This document shows positions 12,626 through 24,992 of a stretch of 64,000 bases of DNA, in pieces (position 1 is the stretch's first letter; each line of letters starts with the position of its first letter). Origin of the DNA: Malacoraja senta (taxonomy: Eukaryota); the NCBI GenBank assembly GCA_038087875.1, contig CM075998.1, forward strand, positions 6,326,001 through 6,390,000, written 5' to 3'. The notes below the pieces were generated by a model. It had not been told where the DNA came from. It saw nothing but the letters and a program-made list of their open reading frames with translations, and did no database searches. The translations under genes and the position numbers were made by a program.

Positions 12626-13675
12626 TCTGCTGACCCTGTGCACGCGCCTCATCAATGAGGGTGCTCTCAAACAGCCCTTTGCTAGGTGCTGCTGACCTGG
12701 CTTCTGGAGCCTGGCTTTGGCTACACTCTTCCTTGAGTGTGCTTTGCTTGAGTAACCTGTGTAACAGGCTCTCCATTTGAGAAATCCGCTCAAAAGCGGT
12801 ATCCAGCCCTGGAGTCGAATCCTCCTTATCGAACTCCTCCTCCGTGGGCCTGACGGACTTGAACTTAGCCTTGGCCCCACTGACGCTGACTGTATTCTTT
12901 TAAGACCCAAGTCCACAGTCGCTACGCTCCCAGCTGGCGACTGTACAGGGGTCTGAGGCAGCTGTTCACCGACCGCAATCTTGCGACTTTCCACCGGCTT
13001 TGCCGCTCGCCTCTTCCCCTGCCCGTTTTTTCCATGGTACCTGTGGAAAAAATCCCCACAGTCCCACAGCAAATGGACCCGGAAACTTTTTTCTTACCTT
13101 GTAGTTCAAAACTACATTTCCACTAGAGGAGCAGCTCCTCACGTCCGTTCGCGCCAATGCGTCTGATGTAATGACGCGCAGGCGCACTGACGGGTCTTCT
13201 TCACGTAGTCACTCACGTGACTCCGAAGTAAAATTGTCGTCTAGCACGTTATTGAAGGTATACAGCCACTGCCCACTTGGCTGGAGCAATGAATAGCCAG
13301 GATAGATGGCCGACAAGCAAGTGACCTTAGAGTGCAGACACACATGGAATGACTAATGCCCGCCACAGCTCAATGCCTCCGTTTGCTGCCAGGTGCACTA
13401 TTTCATCAAAAGGATGGTGAGTTGAGAAATGGCCTTGGTCATTGTTGACTGCCTGAAGCCCACAGCAGTGTTAAACGTGCGAGCTTTAGTTACTTGTGCA
13501 ACACAGCAAACCCATGGGGACAGCAGCTGATGACAGCTGGACTTCCCTGACCTTGTGACTGGGTCGAAGGAGCCTGCAGGTTAGTGGAAGAGCTTGTACT
13601 TTGCCAGTGCGTCAGGGTAAGTTCGCGTCGGCTTACCTCTGGTGACAAAGACCAACCTTACCACAGATGCACAGG

Positions 13676-13775
13676 AGTCTGAAGAAGGGTCTCGACCCGA
13701 AACGTCACCCATTCCTTCTCTCCAGAGATGCTGCCTGACCTGCTGAGTTACTCCAGCACTTTGTGGCTATCTCCA
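13676..13775 (+). repeat. Penelope-terminus-derived short repeat with minimal hammerhead ribozyme core
   Basis: CTGAAGA-a-GGGT-ctcg-ACCC-GAAAC-GTC at 13679-13706; rest matches the Penelope 3' end at 31120-31216. Confidence 0.7.
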
Positions 13776-14492
13776 GCCTTACCACCTTAAGTTTAGTTTA
13801 TTGTCGCATGTACCAAGGTTTTTGTTGCATGCGGGTCAGTAAGCATCTGTTTACTTTATTGCCAAGTGCACCAGGGTGAAGTGAAAAGCTTTTGTTGCAT
13901 GCTAACCAATTGCGTGCTTATGCTAATTTGAGGAAGGATATTCTTGCTATTGAGGGAGTGCAGCGTAGGTTCACCAGGTTAATTCCCGGGATGGCGGGAA
14001 TGTCATATGATGAAAGAATGGAGTGACTGGGCTTGTATTCACTGGAATTTAGAAGGATGAGCTGGGATCTTTTCGAAACATATAAAATTATTACGGGATT
14101 GGACACGCTAGAGGCAGGAAACATGTTCCCGATGTTTGGGGAGTCCAGAACCAGGGGCCACAGTTTAAGAATAAGGGGTAGGCCATTTAGAACTGAGATG
14201 AGGAAAAACTTTTTCACCCAGAGAGTTGTGAATCTGTGGAATTCTCTGCCACAGAAGGCAAAAAGTCAAGATGGCGCCTGCCTGCAGAGACTTTTGCAGA
14301 GCACCAGAACAGAAAAGGTTCACCTACAACTTCTATCAACTTACCTGGATCAGGGAAACGGCAGTAATCGGTGCCGTTTCAGACAAGCTGCTTGGGCAGC
14401 TGAAAGCGCTGGCAATTTCGCGATCTCCCGCCACTGCGGGAGCCCCGGACTTTTAATTTTCCCACGCTGGCTGTGGAACTCCCGACCCGACT

Positions 14493-16051
14493 GTGGATCC
14501 CAGGTACTGTACCTGGGAATCCTGGGATGACCTCCAGAGCCCACGGGCCGGATCTCCCAGGAACAATGAAGCTGGAGCTGCCGACTTTGAATGTACCCCC
14601 GTTCGTTACGGAGCTGGAGCTGCCGTCTGTGAAGGAATCCCCGTTCCAGCGCAGGTTCGCAGAAACAGCAGGTACAGTAGACTCAGTACCTGGAAACAAA
14701 GGGGAAGCCTCCATTGTGTCCGGAAACATGGCCGACAAGTAGGACTTCAGGCCAGACTGAAGCACAGGGGACTTCGGCCCCCTCTCCCTACTATCCTACT
14801 GGCCAACGTACAGTCCCTTGAAAATAAAGTGGAGGACTTAAGGGCAAGGCTGCTTTATCAAAGGGAGCTGAGGGAATGCTCTGTGTTCTGTTTCACAGAG
14901 ACATGTCTCACCCCCAGCTCCCCAGACTCAGCGGTCCAGCCTGAAGGTTTCTCCATCCACCGTATGGACCGTACACTGGCATCTGGGAAAGGGAGAGGAG
15001 GGGGCGTCTGCCTCATGGTCAACTCTGCGTGGTGCTCAGACGTGGCAGTCCTGTCCAACTCCTGCTCTCCACACCTCGAACATCTGGCGGTGAAGTGCCG
15101 TCCCTTCTACCTCCCAAGGGAATTCACCTCCATCATCCTGACCACGGTCTACATCCCACCCCAGGCAGACGTCCATCTGGCACTAGAGGAGCTGCACGCC
15201 GTGGTCAACAAACACCAGACGACTTACCCCGAGGCATTTACCACCATTGCTGGGGACTTCAATAAGGCAAACCTAAAAAAATCACTCCCTAACTTCCACC
15301 AACATGTCTCCTGCTGCACCAGAGGACCAAACACCCTCGACCACTGCTACACCACCATCAAGAATGCCTATCGCTCTATCCCTCGCCCTCACTTCGGTAA
15401 ATCCGACCATACTGCTGCTGCTTCTTCCTGCCTACAGGCAGCAATTAAAGAGCGCACCCCCAGAGGTGAGGACAGTACAGAGCTGGTCGGGGGGGGGGGG
15501 GGGGGGGGGGCAGAGGAACAACTCCAGGACTGTTTGGAGTCTGTAGACTGGGCAATATTCAAGGACTCGGCAACGGACCTGAACGAATACGCCACAGCTG
15601 TTACAGACTTCATTAAGAAATGTGTGGAGGACTGCATCCCTACAAAAACCTTCCGAGTGTTTCCTAACCAGAAGCCTTGGATGAACTTTGAGATCCGCAT
15701 TCTTCTGAAGACCAGACACCGGGCATTCATGTATGATGATACAGTGGTCTACAAGAAGTCCAGATACGACCTTGGTAAGGCCATCAAAAAGGCCAAAAGG
15801 GACTTCTGCTCCAAACTGGATGAGACAGATGTTCGGCAGCTGTGGCAGGGCCTGAATGCAATCACCTCTTACAAGTCGAAATCAGGAGGCAGCTCGAATG
15901 TCGGCGAAACATCACTCCCTGATGAGCTCAATGCATTTTACGCATGCTTTGATAAGGAGAACACTGATGTGCCTTCCCGAGCCCCCATTAGCTGTGATGG
16001 TATTTTGGCCTCAGTCACAGAGGCCGACGTCAGGAAATCCTTCAGAGGGGT
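14493..16051 (+). pseudogene. Rex1/Babar ORF, endonuclease part
   Basis: APE motifs; frame broken at the Gypsy insertion and continues at 20742. Confidence 0.88.
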
Positions 16052-16267
16052 TGTAGATGGTTTATGCATGCAACCAATAATATAGCTACCTCAGTACTAC
16101 TAACCACGCCTTAGTTATCAAGTATAAGAACTCTCTCTCTCACTTGCCCCCTCCCTGGTTCCAGCATGATGACAGACTGGGTGCAGTCAGTGCTGGAATG
16201 TGTTTAACCTGTGTTATCATTAAACGTTAAGTAAAGCTACAAGTGAGTCAGACTCAGCTTCTTTACA
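16052..16267 (+). repeat. 5' LTR (216 bp)
   Basis: tgtagatgg...ctttaca; matches 20528-20741. Confidence 0.97.
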
Positions 16268-16357
16268 TGGTGTCAGCAAGTTAAAACGCGCGCCTCCTGT
16301 TTATCGGGTATTATTTCTTTGAAAGTGTTGCTTTATCGGAGTTTTGTACCTTTTGTC

Positions 16358-19300
16358 ATGGCATCCTCGTGCCGCAAACCCTCGCCCCTGGTCTTTGATG
16401 CTGACATAATTGAACGCGGGGCGACTTTTGAAATGGACTTCACACATTACATTAATATCGTTCATCGCAACGATCCCGACATTGTTAAAGCTTCTCTGCT
16501 ACTGAACCTTGCCGGTCCCGATGCCATGAGGAGAGCACGAGCGTTCGCCTATGATCCCGCGGTCCGGGATGCAAACGATCAGGTTCAAGTACCTGCGGAG
16601 TCTGCCAACGATCCGGTATGTCTATTGCGAAAGTTTGCCGAAATTTGCAACTTGCCCTCTAACCGCATTTTAGAGCGAGCTAAGTTTTTTACGAGAAAGC
16701 AGCAGCGTGATGAACCTGTTGAATGCTTTATTGCGGATCTGTGATATCTCGCCCAGAGGTGTCGGTTTGAAAACATGACTGACCAGCTTACCAGGGACAT
16801 TCTAGTGACAGGTATGCTGGATCAGAAATTGCGATCGGAACTATTGAGAAGGCCAGATCTTACTCTGACCGACGCAATGCATGCATGCAGGTTGGCTGAA
16901 GTCGTTGACCCGTTGTTCGGACAATGGGATGCTGTTGGTCGGTCGATCAACTTAACTGGCCTCAACAGACCGCATCCTAAATAGACAACTCTAGACCCGC
17001 GCCGCGGGCAGGCTACGTCCCCGGAGGACGGGTCGTTAAAAGGTGCCCTAATTGCAATTATGTACATTCAATGCAGTCGCACTGCCCGGCTTACGGAAAA
17101 TCCTGCAATGTCTGTAAGAAATTGAATCATTTCTCGGCGGTTTGCCGCTCCCGTGGGAACTTACCACCTGCTTCTAGACAAGTATTAAACAACCTGGCAC
17201 AAGTTGATAGCGATTTTGGTTCCCAGACCTCTCTCGACACTGCCCACGATTCTGAGCCAATTAATTCTCAAGAAGATGCTAGTGTATTCACACTCCTACA
17301 CGCACCTGCTCGCCTCCCCGATCTATCGGTCCTCGTTACTGTCAACAACTGTCCTTTCTCAGCTAAGCTCGACACGGGGGCAAAAGTCAATGTTATGTCA
17401 ACAAGCCTGTTCAGAAAGATGAGGCATAATGAGCTACTGACTTCAGACCATTCAAGTTTACGTGCTTATGGGGGCGAGGTGCTGAAACCTGTGGGGAAGG
17501 CCACTTTTAATTGTGTCCTGAAAAAGTCATTGCGGCCTCTCATGTTCTATGTCCTTGACTCTGATTGTGTGACTCTGTTGGGCAACCAGGCGTGCCAGGA
17601 CCTGGGACTAGTGTCCTTCGACCGTACTGTCCGTGAAGTACAGGTGCTGATGGATCCGATATCTTAATACCCAGACCTGTTTGATAATGAGCTGGGCAAA
17701 CTGCCTCTTGTCTATAAGATCGTCACCGACCCTAAGGTGGTGCCAGTGGTCCGTGCACCTCATAGAGTATCCCTCGCTTTAAAGGACAAAGTGGAATCGA
17801 TGCTGAAGAGCATGGTCACAATGGGGGTGCTGGAAGCAGTTAGCGAGCCAACCGAGTGGGTCTCCACCATGGTTGCAACCCTGAAAAAGGACAAGAACGA
17901 GATACGGGTGTGTATTAATCCCAAAGACCTGAACCTCGAGATCGGGCGACTACACTACCCCATGAGAACCGTAGAAGATGTTGCAGCTCAAGTCGGCCAG
18001 GCCACGGTATTCTCTGTCCTTGATGCAAAAAGTTCCTTCTGGCAAATACCACTCGATAAGCGCTCCTCCGACCTGACAATGTTCTCCACTCCTTATGGCA
18101 GATTCAAGTTTCTACGGATGCCATTCGGAATTAACTCTGCCAGCGAGGTGTTTCAGCGATCCATGGAACAGCTGTTCGCTGGCATGCCGTGCGCCATCAT
18201 CGTGGATGACATCCTAGACAAGAACCAACTTAAAACTGAACAAGAAAAAATGCCGATTCCGCGTCTCAGAAGTGCCGTACGTCGGGCACATCTTCACCTC
18301 TAAGGGACTGAAGCCCGACCCGCAAAAGACTATTGCAATCTCCGAGATGCCAGCCCCAACTGACGTCCTTAGTCTGCAACGATACCTAGGCATGGTCAAC
18401 TACCTCGGGAAGTTTATACCGAATCTCAGTAAGCTGAGCTCATCCCTGAGGCAGCTAACTAAAAAAGACACTGCCTGGTCCTGGTCCCCACAACACCAGC
18501 AGGCTTTCGAATGTCTGAAGTCTAAGCTGATCAGCACCCCAACACTCAAATTCTTCGACCTGCGCCGTCCCATTGTTGTCACCTGTGATGCCTCTCGTTT
18601 CGGACTGGGTGCTGCTTGCCTGCAGCTCTACGACGACGGCTCACTACTACCGGTCTCGTATGCCTCGCGGACAATGACCGACACGGAGCAACGGTATGCT
18701 CAGATTGAGAAGGAGCTCCTGGCTGTGGTGTTTGCGTGTTCAAAGTTCAAAGACTTTCTCTTCGGCTGCAGGTTCACAGTCGAAACCGACCACCAGCCAC
18801 TGGTGACCATTCTTAACAAACCCATACATGTTGCCCCTGCCAGACTCCAGCGCATGATGCTGCAGCTCCAGCGTTTTGATTTTGAAATCATGGACAAGAA
18901 GGGCACGGAGATGCATGTGGCTGATACACTTTCTCGTGCCCCACGGGCATCCTGTGACCACCACCCTTACGAGCAGGAAAACCTATTGGTACTGAACGTC
19001 AACTTCGTCCCTACTAAGCAGCTGCAGTGCCTGGTCGAGCACACCGCCGCTGACCCTGCTTTACAGCAGCTGGCAGCCATCATCAAGCGTGGGTGGCCCG
19101 ACAGACGCACCACTTTGCCATCGGGCGCCCAACCGTTCTTCCTGGTCCGCGATGAGCTGGTTATCCAGAATGGGGTTATCGTCAAAGGCCACAAGGTCGT
19201 GGTCCCAGCCTCCCTGTACGATCTATACTACAACGCAACCCACAGTGGTCATCCTGGGGCTGAGGCCACTGTTTCTCATGCCCAGGGACAATTCTACTGG

Positions 19301-20479
19301 CCTGGCATGGCCAAATACATCAGCAACCGTGTGTCCTCTTGTGCCTCCTGCAACAACCTTACCCCACACCAGCAGCGTCAACCTCTTCTGCAGCAGCCGG
19401 CACCAAACATGCCCTGGACATCGCTGGCTGCCGACATATTCGAATGGCGGGGGAAGCAGTTTCTCGTCCTGGTGGACTCATACTCCAACTGGTTCGAGGT
19501 GGACCTCCTTCCTTCCGTCACCTCCGGGATGGTCATCGCCAAAATGCGTGAGCACTTCGCCGCCCACGGTGTCCCTGTCCGTTTGCAGACCGACAATGGA
19601 CGGCAATTTACAAGTGCCGAGTTCAAAGCTTTCGCTGCCAGGTGGAACTTCCATCACTACACCAGCAGCCCTGAGTACCCTCAGAGTAACGGCCTGGCCG
19701 AACGGGCCGTGCGGAGTGCTAAGGGCCTGATGGAGCAGTCCCGCCTGTCCAACTGCGATTTCTACCTGGGCTTACTAAACCTGCGTAACGTCTCACGGGA
19801 CCCGGCTATGGGTTCCGCTGCCCAGCATCTGATGTCAAGGGTGACAAGACCACCTATACCAATCGCCCAGCAGTCTCTGCTACCGAAAGTGCTCAATCCT
19901 GCCACAGTCCAACAACGGATCGAACAGAAGCATGAGGTTCAACGACGTTCCCACGACAGGTCCTGCCGCCCTCTGCTGCCTCTACTACCCGGGCAGGTCG
20001 TTCGGATGCGGACCTCCACCGGCTATTCCCGCCTTGCGACCGTGGTTGGTGTGGACGACTCTCCAAGATCCTACCTGGTGGATTACGAGGGAACTGTCTA
20101 TCGACGGAGTCGTCAACACCTGTTGGCTGTGAACGAGCCGAAGCCTCTACCTGCGGCTCCTTATGCTCCTCCGTCGTGGTCCCTACCTGCTGCCGCTGAT
20201 CACCCTGCTGCTCCATGCATGCCCCAGTCCCCTCGCTTATTGCGGTCTCCTTCTCCTTTGCCGCCTGGGTTTGGCCGGGCAGCTTCACCTCCTGCACGTC
20301 CTCCTCCTCCTGTCTCTCCTACTCCTACTGCATCTCCTCCTCTCTTCACGTTTTTGCCTGCCTCCGCTACGCCTTCTCTTCTTTCCGATGGGGGTGGGGG
20401 GGGAAGGCGCTGTACGCACGCGTTCGGGCCGCATTGTTAAGCCGCCTGTCCGCTACGGTGACTCATGTTTATTGTAATG
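16358..20479 (+). pseudogene. Gypsy gag-pol (zinc knuckle, protease, RT, RNase H, integrase), disrupted
   Basis: CPAYGKSCNVCKKLNHFSAVC; KLDTGA; LDAKSSFWQI...RMPFGINSASEVFQ...IVDDIL; TCDAS; YAQIEKE; H..H/C..C; TDNGRQF; SNGLAERAV. Confidence 0.93.
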
Positions 20480-20527
20480 ACACCACCCCAATCGGCTCCA
20501 ATTCTATTTGATTTCTAAGGGGAAGGA

Positions 20528-20741
20528 TGTAGATGGTTTATGCATGCAACCAATAATATAGCTACCTCACTACTACTAACCACGCCTTAGTTATCAAGTG
20601 TAAGAACTCTCTCTCGCTTGCCCCCTCCCTGGTTCCAGCATGATGACAGACTGGGTGCAGTCAGTGCTGGAATGTGTTTAACCTGTCTTATCATTAAACG
20701 TTAAGTAAAGCTACAAGTGAGTCAGACATAACTTCTTTACA
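20528..20741 (+). repeat. 3' LTR (214 bp)
   Basis: By eye, about 7 substitutions and a 2-bp indel relative to the 5' LTR. Confidence 0.97.
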
Positions 20742-22084
20742 GGGGTGAACCCTCGAAAAGCGCCTGGACCTGATGGTATACCCGGTCGTGTTCTAAAAAC
20801 CTGTGCGGACCAACTGGCTGGAGTTTTTACGGACATTTTCAACCTCTCACTTCTGAGGTCTGAGGTCCCCACCTGCTTTAAAAGGGCATCAATTATATCG
20901 GTGCCCAAGAAGAGTAAGGTAACGTGCCTCAACGACAATCGACCTGTGGCACTAACGCCTGTGGTGATGAAGTGCTTTGAGAGGTTGATCATGACGCAAA
21001 TCAACTCCTACCTCGACAAAAACTTGGACCCACTGCAGTTCGCTTACCGCCACAACAGATCAACGGTGGATGCGATCTCGCTGGCCCTCCACTCCGCTCT
21101 GGACCACTTGGACAACAAAAACTCATATGTCAGGCTGTTATTCATTGATTACAGCTCGGCATTTAATACAATCATCCCCTCCAAGCTGGTTACCAAACTC
21201 GCAGAACTGGGTCTCTGCACATCCCTCTGCAATTGGATCCTCGACTTCCTCACTCTCAGACCACAGTCTGTTCGTATTGGTGGAAATGTGTCAGACTCGA
21301 TAACAATCAACACGGGAGCACCTCAAGGCTACGTGCTCAGCCCCCTGCTGTACTCACTCTATACTCATGACTGCGTAGCCGGACATAGTGCGAATTCCAT
21401 CATCAAGTTCGCTGATGACACCACTGTTGTAGGACGTATCACTGATGGGGATGAGTCAGAGTATAGAAGAGAGATCGAGCAACTGTCCATATGGTGCCAG
21501 CACAATAACCTGGCCCTCAACACCAGCAAAACCAAGGAACTGATTGTAGACTTTGGAAGGAGTAGGATGGGGACCCACAGTCCCGTTTATATCAACGGGT
21601 CGATGGTTGAAAGGGTCAAGAGCTTCAAATTCCTGGGCGTGCACATCTGTGAAGATCTTTCCTGGTCCGAGAACACTGATGCAATTATTAAGAAAGCACA
21701 TCAGCACCTCTACTTCCTGAGAAGATTTTCGGAGAGTCGGTTTGTCAAGGAGGACTCTCTCTAACTTCTACAGGTGCACAGTAGAGTTGCATCGTGGCTT
21801 GGTTCGGCAACTTGAGCGCCCTGGAGAGGAAAAGACTACAAAAAGTAGTAAACACTGCCCAGTCCATCATCGGCTCTGACCTCCCTTCCATCGAGGGGAT
21901 CTATCGCAGTCGCTGCCTCAAAAAGGCTGGCAGCATCATCAAGGACCCACACCATCCTGGCCACACACTCATCTCCCCGCTACCTTCAGGTAGAAGGTAC
22001 AGGAGCCTGAAGACTACAACGACCAGGTTCAGGAATAGCTACTTCCCAACAGCCATCAGGCTATTAAACTTGGCTCGGACATAA
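20742..22084 (+). pseudogene. Rex1/Babar ORF, RT part (frameshifted near 21730-21795)
   Basis: RT motifs; C-terminus TTRFRNSYFPTAIRLLN. Confidence 0.9.
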
Positions 22085-22462
22085 TACTGAACTTTATTAG
22101 CCAATACTGTTATTTGCACTTTATCAGTATATTGATTCATGTGTGTATATATTTATAGAATGGTATATGGACACACTGATCTGTTCTGTAGTCAATGCCT
22201 ACTATGTTCTGTTGTGCTGAAGCAAAGCAAGAATTTCATTGTCCTACCAGGGACACATGACAATAAACTCACTTGACACTTGAACTTGAACTTGAAGACC
22301 GATTCACTGGATGCGTTCAAAAGAGATAGCGCTCTTAGGACTAGCGAAATCAAGGGAAAGCAGGAACGGGGTAGTGATTGTGGATGATCAGCCATGATCA
22401 CAGTGAATGGTGGTGCTGGCTCGAAGGGCCGAATGGCCTCCTCCTGCACCTATTGTCTATGT

Positions 22463-23045
22463 AACCAGTCCCGAAAGACAATACATGATTACAATCGAGC
22501 TGTCCACAGTGTACAGATACATGATAAGGGAATAATATGAATAATGCTCAGTGCAAGATCAAGTCCAGTAAAGTCCAATCAAAGATAGTCCGAGGATCTC
22601 CAATGAGGTAGATAGTAGCTCAGGACTGCTCTACTACAAGCAGTCCCCACCCGCAGGCATTTTCGCTTTTTAAGAGTCAAAAATGTTTAATTGTCATATG
22701 TCATGAAAACGGAAAAATGAAATTCTTACTTGCAGTCTATAAAAGGGAGTCCTCAACATGACATCAGTTCCTGAGACCATGAAGAGAAGGACAGAAACAG
22801 GAGTCTGTCTCTCTTGATCGGTAGTTTGATAACTTCGTTTATTGTCATGTGTACAGAGGTACAGTGAGAAGTTTTTTTTCTTGAGTGCTATCCAGTCAGC
22901 AAAAAGACAATACATGATTACAATCAAACCATCCCCAGTGTACAGACACAGCATAAAGGGAATAACATTGAGTGCAAGATAACATCCAGTAAAGTCCGAT
23001 TAAAGATAGTCCGAGTGTCTCCGATGAGGGAGATGAGAGGTCAGC
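22463..23045 (-). repeat. Two LINE 3'-UTR remnants (Rex1/L2-like) and a short tail fragment
   Basis: gacaatacatgattacaatc...gatagtccgag.gtctcc.atgagg motif, also at about 35990, 41320-41760 and 48410-48680. Confidence 0.6.
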
Positions 23046-23158
23046 CTCCATTACCCTCCTGCCCTGAGTCTCCACACGGTGGGTGTTACTGGCGAGGCCA
23101 CACTTTTCCATTGGAGGTGGTGACACCCAGCTCTGCGAGTCCTGGGCCTGACTTGGCC

Positions 23159-23681
23159 GGTACCCGGACGTGGCGTCGAAGGATGTGAAGCCGAAGCAAA
23201 GAAGTCGAAGCCAGATAGCCGAATGGAAACAAAGCCGAAACGGCAAATAACCGAAAGGCTGCGTCGCCTAAACGCAAACTCACCGAATGGCGCTCTGACG
23301 AAAAGTCAAATAATGGCTTGTGTGGGAAAATGACCCCCACCCTCCCGTCTCCACCGGCCAGTGATGTGATGGACGCGGGGGTCTGGACCAATCGCTGACA
23401 AGTCCCGCCCCTCCGGCGATGTCATGTCCGTTACTTGACTTTTCGGCCGAGCGGCATTCGGTTCGTTGGCCTGTAGGCGACGCAGCCTTTCGGTTAGGTG
23501 GTGTTTCGGCAGAGCGGCCATTCGGTGAGTTTGCTTTTAGCCGGCGCAGCCTTTCAGTTAGTTGGCTTTTCGGCGTCCCGCCCTTTCGGTTCGTTGGCGT
23601 TTCGGCTTCGTTTCCATTCGGCTATTTGGCTTTGACTTCTTTGCTTCGGCTTCTCGTCCGTCGGCGCCACGACCGCACACG
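23159..23681. mobile_element. MULE-like foldback MITE with long, internally repetitive TIRs
   Basis: TIR arms of about 160 bp or more built of ccgaa/ttcgg units; 9-bp flanks GACTTGGCC (23150-23158) and GACTTGCCC (23682-23690). Confidence 0.8.
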
Positions 23682-23711
23682 GACTTGCCCAACCTAACCA
23701 GGGTAGACTTT

Positions 23712-23878
23712 CAACTTGCCAGCAACCAAAGATGTAGGTTAATTGGCTTTGGTAAAATTGTAAACTGTCCCTAGTGGGTGTAGGATAGTGTTGGTTTGTG
23801 GGGATCGCTGGTTGGCGCAGACTCAGTGGGCCGAAGGGCCTGTTTCCATGCTGTATCTCTAAACTAAACTAAATTAAA
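23712..23878 (+). repeat. HE1-like SINE, 3' half
   Basis: tgtaggttaattggc...gggccgaagggcctgtttccatgctgtatctc(taaac)n. Confidence 0.8.
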
Positions 23879-24007
23879 CCACTGAAGATGGCAGTGGCAA
23901 CACAGTGAAATGGTTCAATGGTAATTTCATTGTCACAGTTGCTCATGCGGTCAATGGTAATTTCATTGTGCGAGTTGCTAATGCGGTGAAACGCTTTTCC
24001 TAAGAAA

Positions 24008-24992
24008 CTATATAACCATATAACCATATAACCATCACAGCACGGAAACAGGCCATCTCGGCCCTTCAAGTCCGTGCTGAACACTTTTTTAAAAAATTTT
24101 TTTATTATTTTTTTATTTTTATTTTTATTTTTATTACTTCCCCCTAGTCCCATCTACCTGCACTCAGACCATAACCCTCCATTCCTTTCCCGTCCATATA
24201 CCCATCCAATCTATTTTAAAATGATAAAATCGAACCAGCCTCCACCACTTCCACTGGAAGCTCATTCCACACAGCTACCACTCTCTGAGTAAAGATGTTC
24301 CCCCTAATGTTACCCCTAAACTTCTGTCCCTTAATTCTCAAGTCATGTCTCCTTGTTTGAATCTTCCCTACTCTCAATGGGAAAAGCTTATCCACGTCCA
24401 CTCTGTCTAACCCGCTCATAATTTTAAAGACCTCTATCAAGTCCCCTCTTAACCTTCTGCGCTCCAAAGAATAAAGACCTAACTTGTTCAACCTTTCTCT
24501 GTAACTTAGTTGCTGAAACCCAGGCAACACTCTAGTAAATCTCCTCTGTACTCTCTCTATTTTGTTGACATCCTTCCTATAATTAGGCGACCAAAATTGT
24601 ACTCCATACTCCAGAATTGGCCTCACCAATGCCTTGTACAATTTTAACATTACATCCCAACTTCTATATTCAATGCTCTGATTTATAAAGGCCAGCACAC
24701 CAAAAGCTTTCTTTACCACCCTATCTACATGAGATTCCACCTTCAGGGAACTATGCACAGTTATTCCTAGATCCCTCTGTTCAACTGCATTCCTCAATTC
24801 GCTACCATTTACCATGTACGTCATATTTTGACCACACCACCTATCTTAGTATCATCTGCATACTTACTAATCCAATTTTCCACACCATCATCCAGATCAT
24901 TGATGTACATGACAAACAACAGTGGACCCAACACAGACCCCTGAGGCACCCCACTAGTCACCGGCCTCCGACCTGACAAACAGCCATCCACC
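24008..24992 (-). mobile_element. CR1 LINE 3' part (different subfamily), with internal deletion near 24824
   Basis: ORF 24216-24824: LYKALVRPILEYGVQFWSP...LERRRLRGDLIEVFK; SGVPQGSVLGPLLF...YADDTK upstream; (TATATGGT)n tail. Confidence 0.9.

Larger units (their letters stand above)
3465..13234 (-). mobile_element. DIRS1-type tyrosine-recombinase retrotransposon (outer copy, degenerate), split by the inner DIRS and a MITE
   Basis: Terminal repeats at 3465-3565 and 13170-13234; internal complementary region (ICR) at about 3686-3701 plus 4285-4380; 8925-13100 encodes decayed YR (VSVQTISRWLKQVL), methyltransferase-like (FPSFCLI...VVPDWSTQPWFP), RT/RNase H and gag. Confidence 0.9.
16052..20741 (+). 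mobile_element. Ty3/Gypsy LTR retrotransposon (Mag-like) with both LTRs; a few stops and an RT deletion
   Basis: TG...CA LTRs; TSD GGGGT at 16047-16051 and 20742-20746; primer-binding site TGGTGTCAG at 16268; polypurine tract aaggggaagga before 20528. Confidence 0.97.
14261..22295 (+). mobile_element. Rex1/Babar-clade LINE, near full-length, interrupted by Gypsy
   Basis: 5' aagatggcg; APE endonuclease ILLANVQSLENK...[36 protein letters not shown]...[16 protein letters not shown]...KFADD; (CTTGAA)n tail. Confidence 0.92.
13918..22462 (+). mobile_element. CR1 3' fragment (13918-14260 and 22296-22462) split by the Rex1/Babar insertion
   Basis: FFTQRVVNLWNSLPQKA ends at 14260; CR1 3' sequence (attcactggatg...gatcagccatgatc...cctattgtctatg) resumes at about 22296. 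Confidence 0.85.

Noticed and set aside
23912..23990. Small tandem duplications (36 bp here; also about 35210-35258 and 42146-42200)
   Set aside because: Ordinary local slippage or LINE junction duplications with no further structure.
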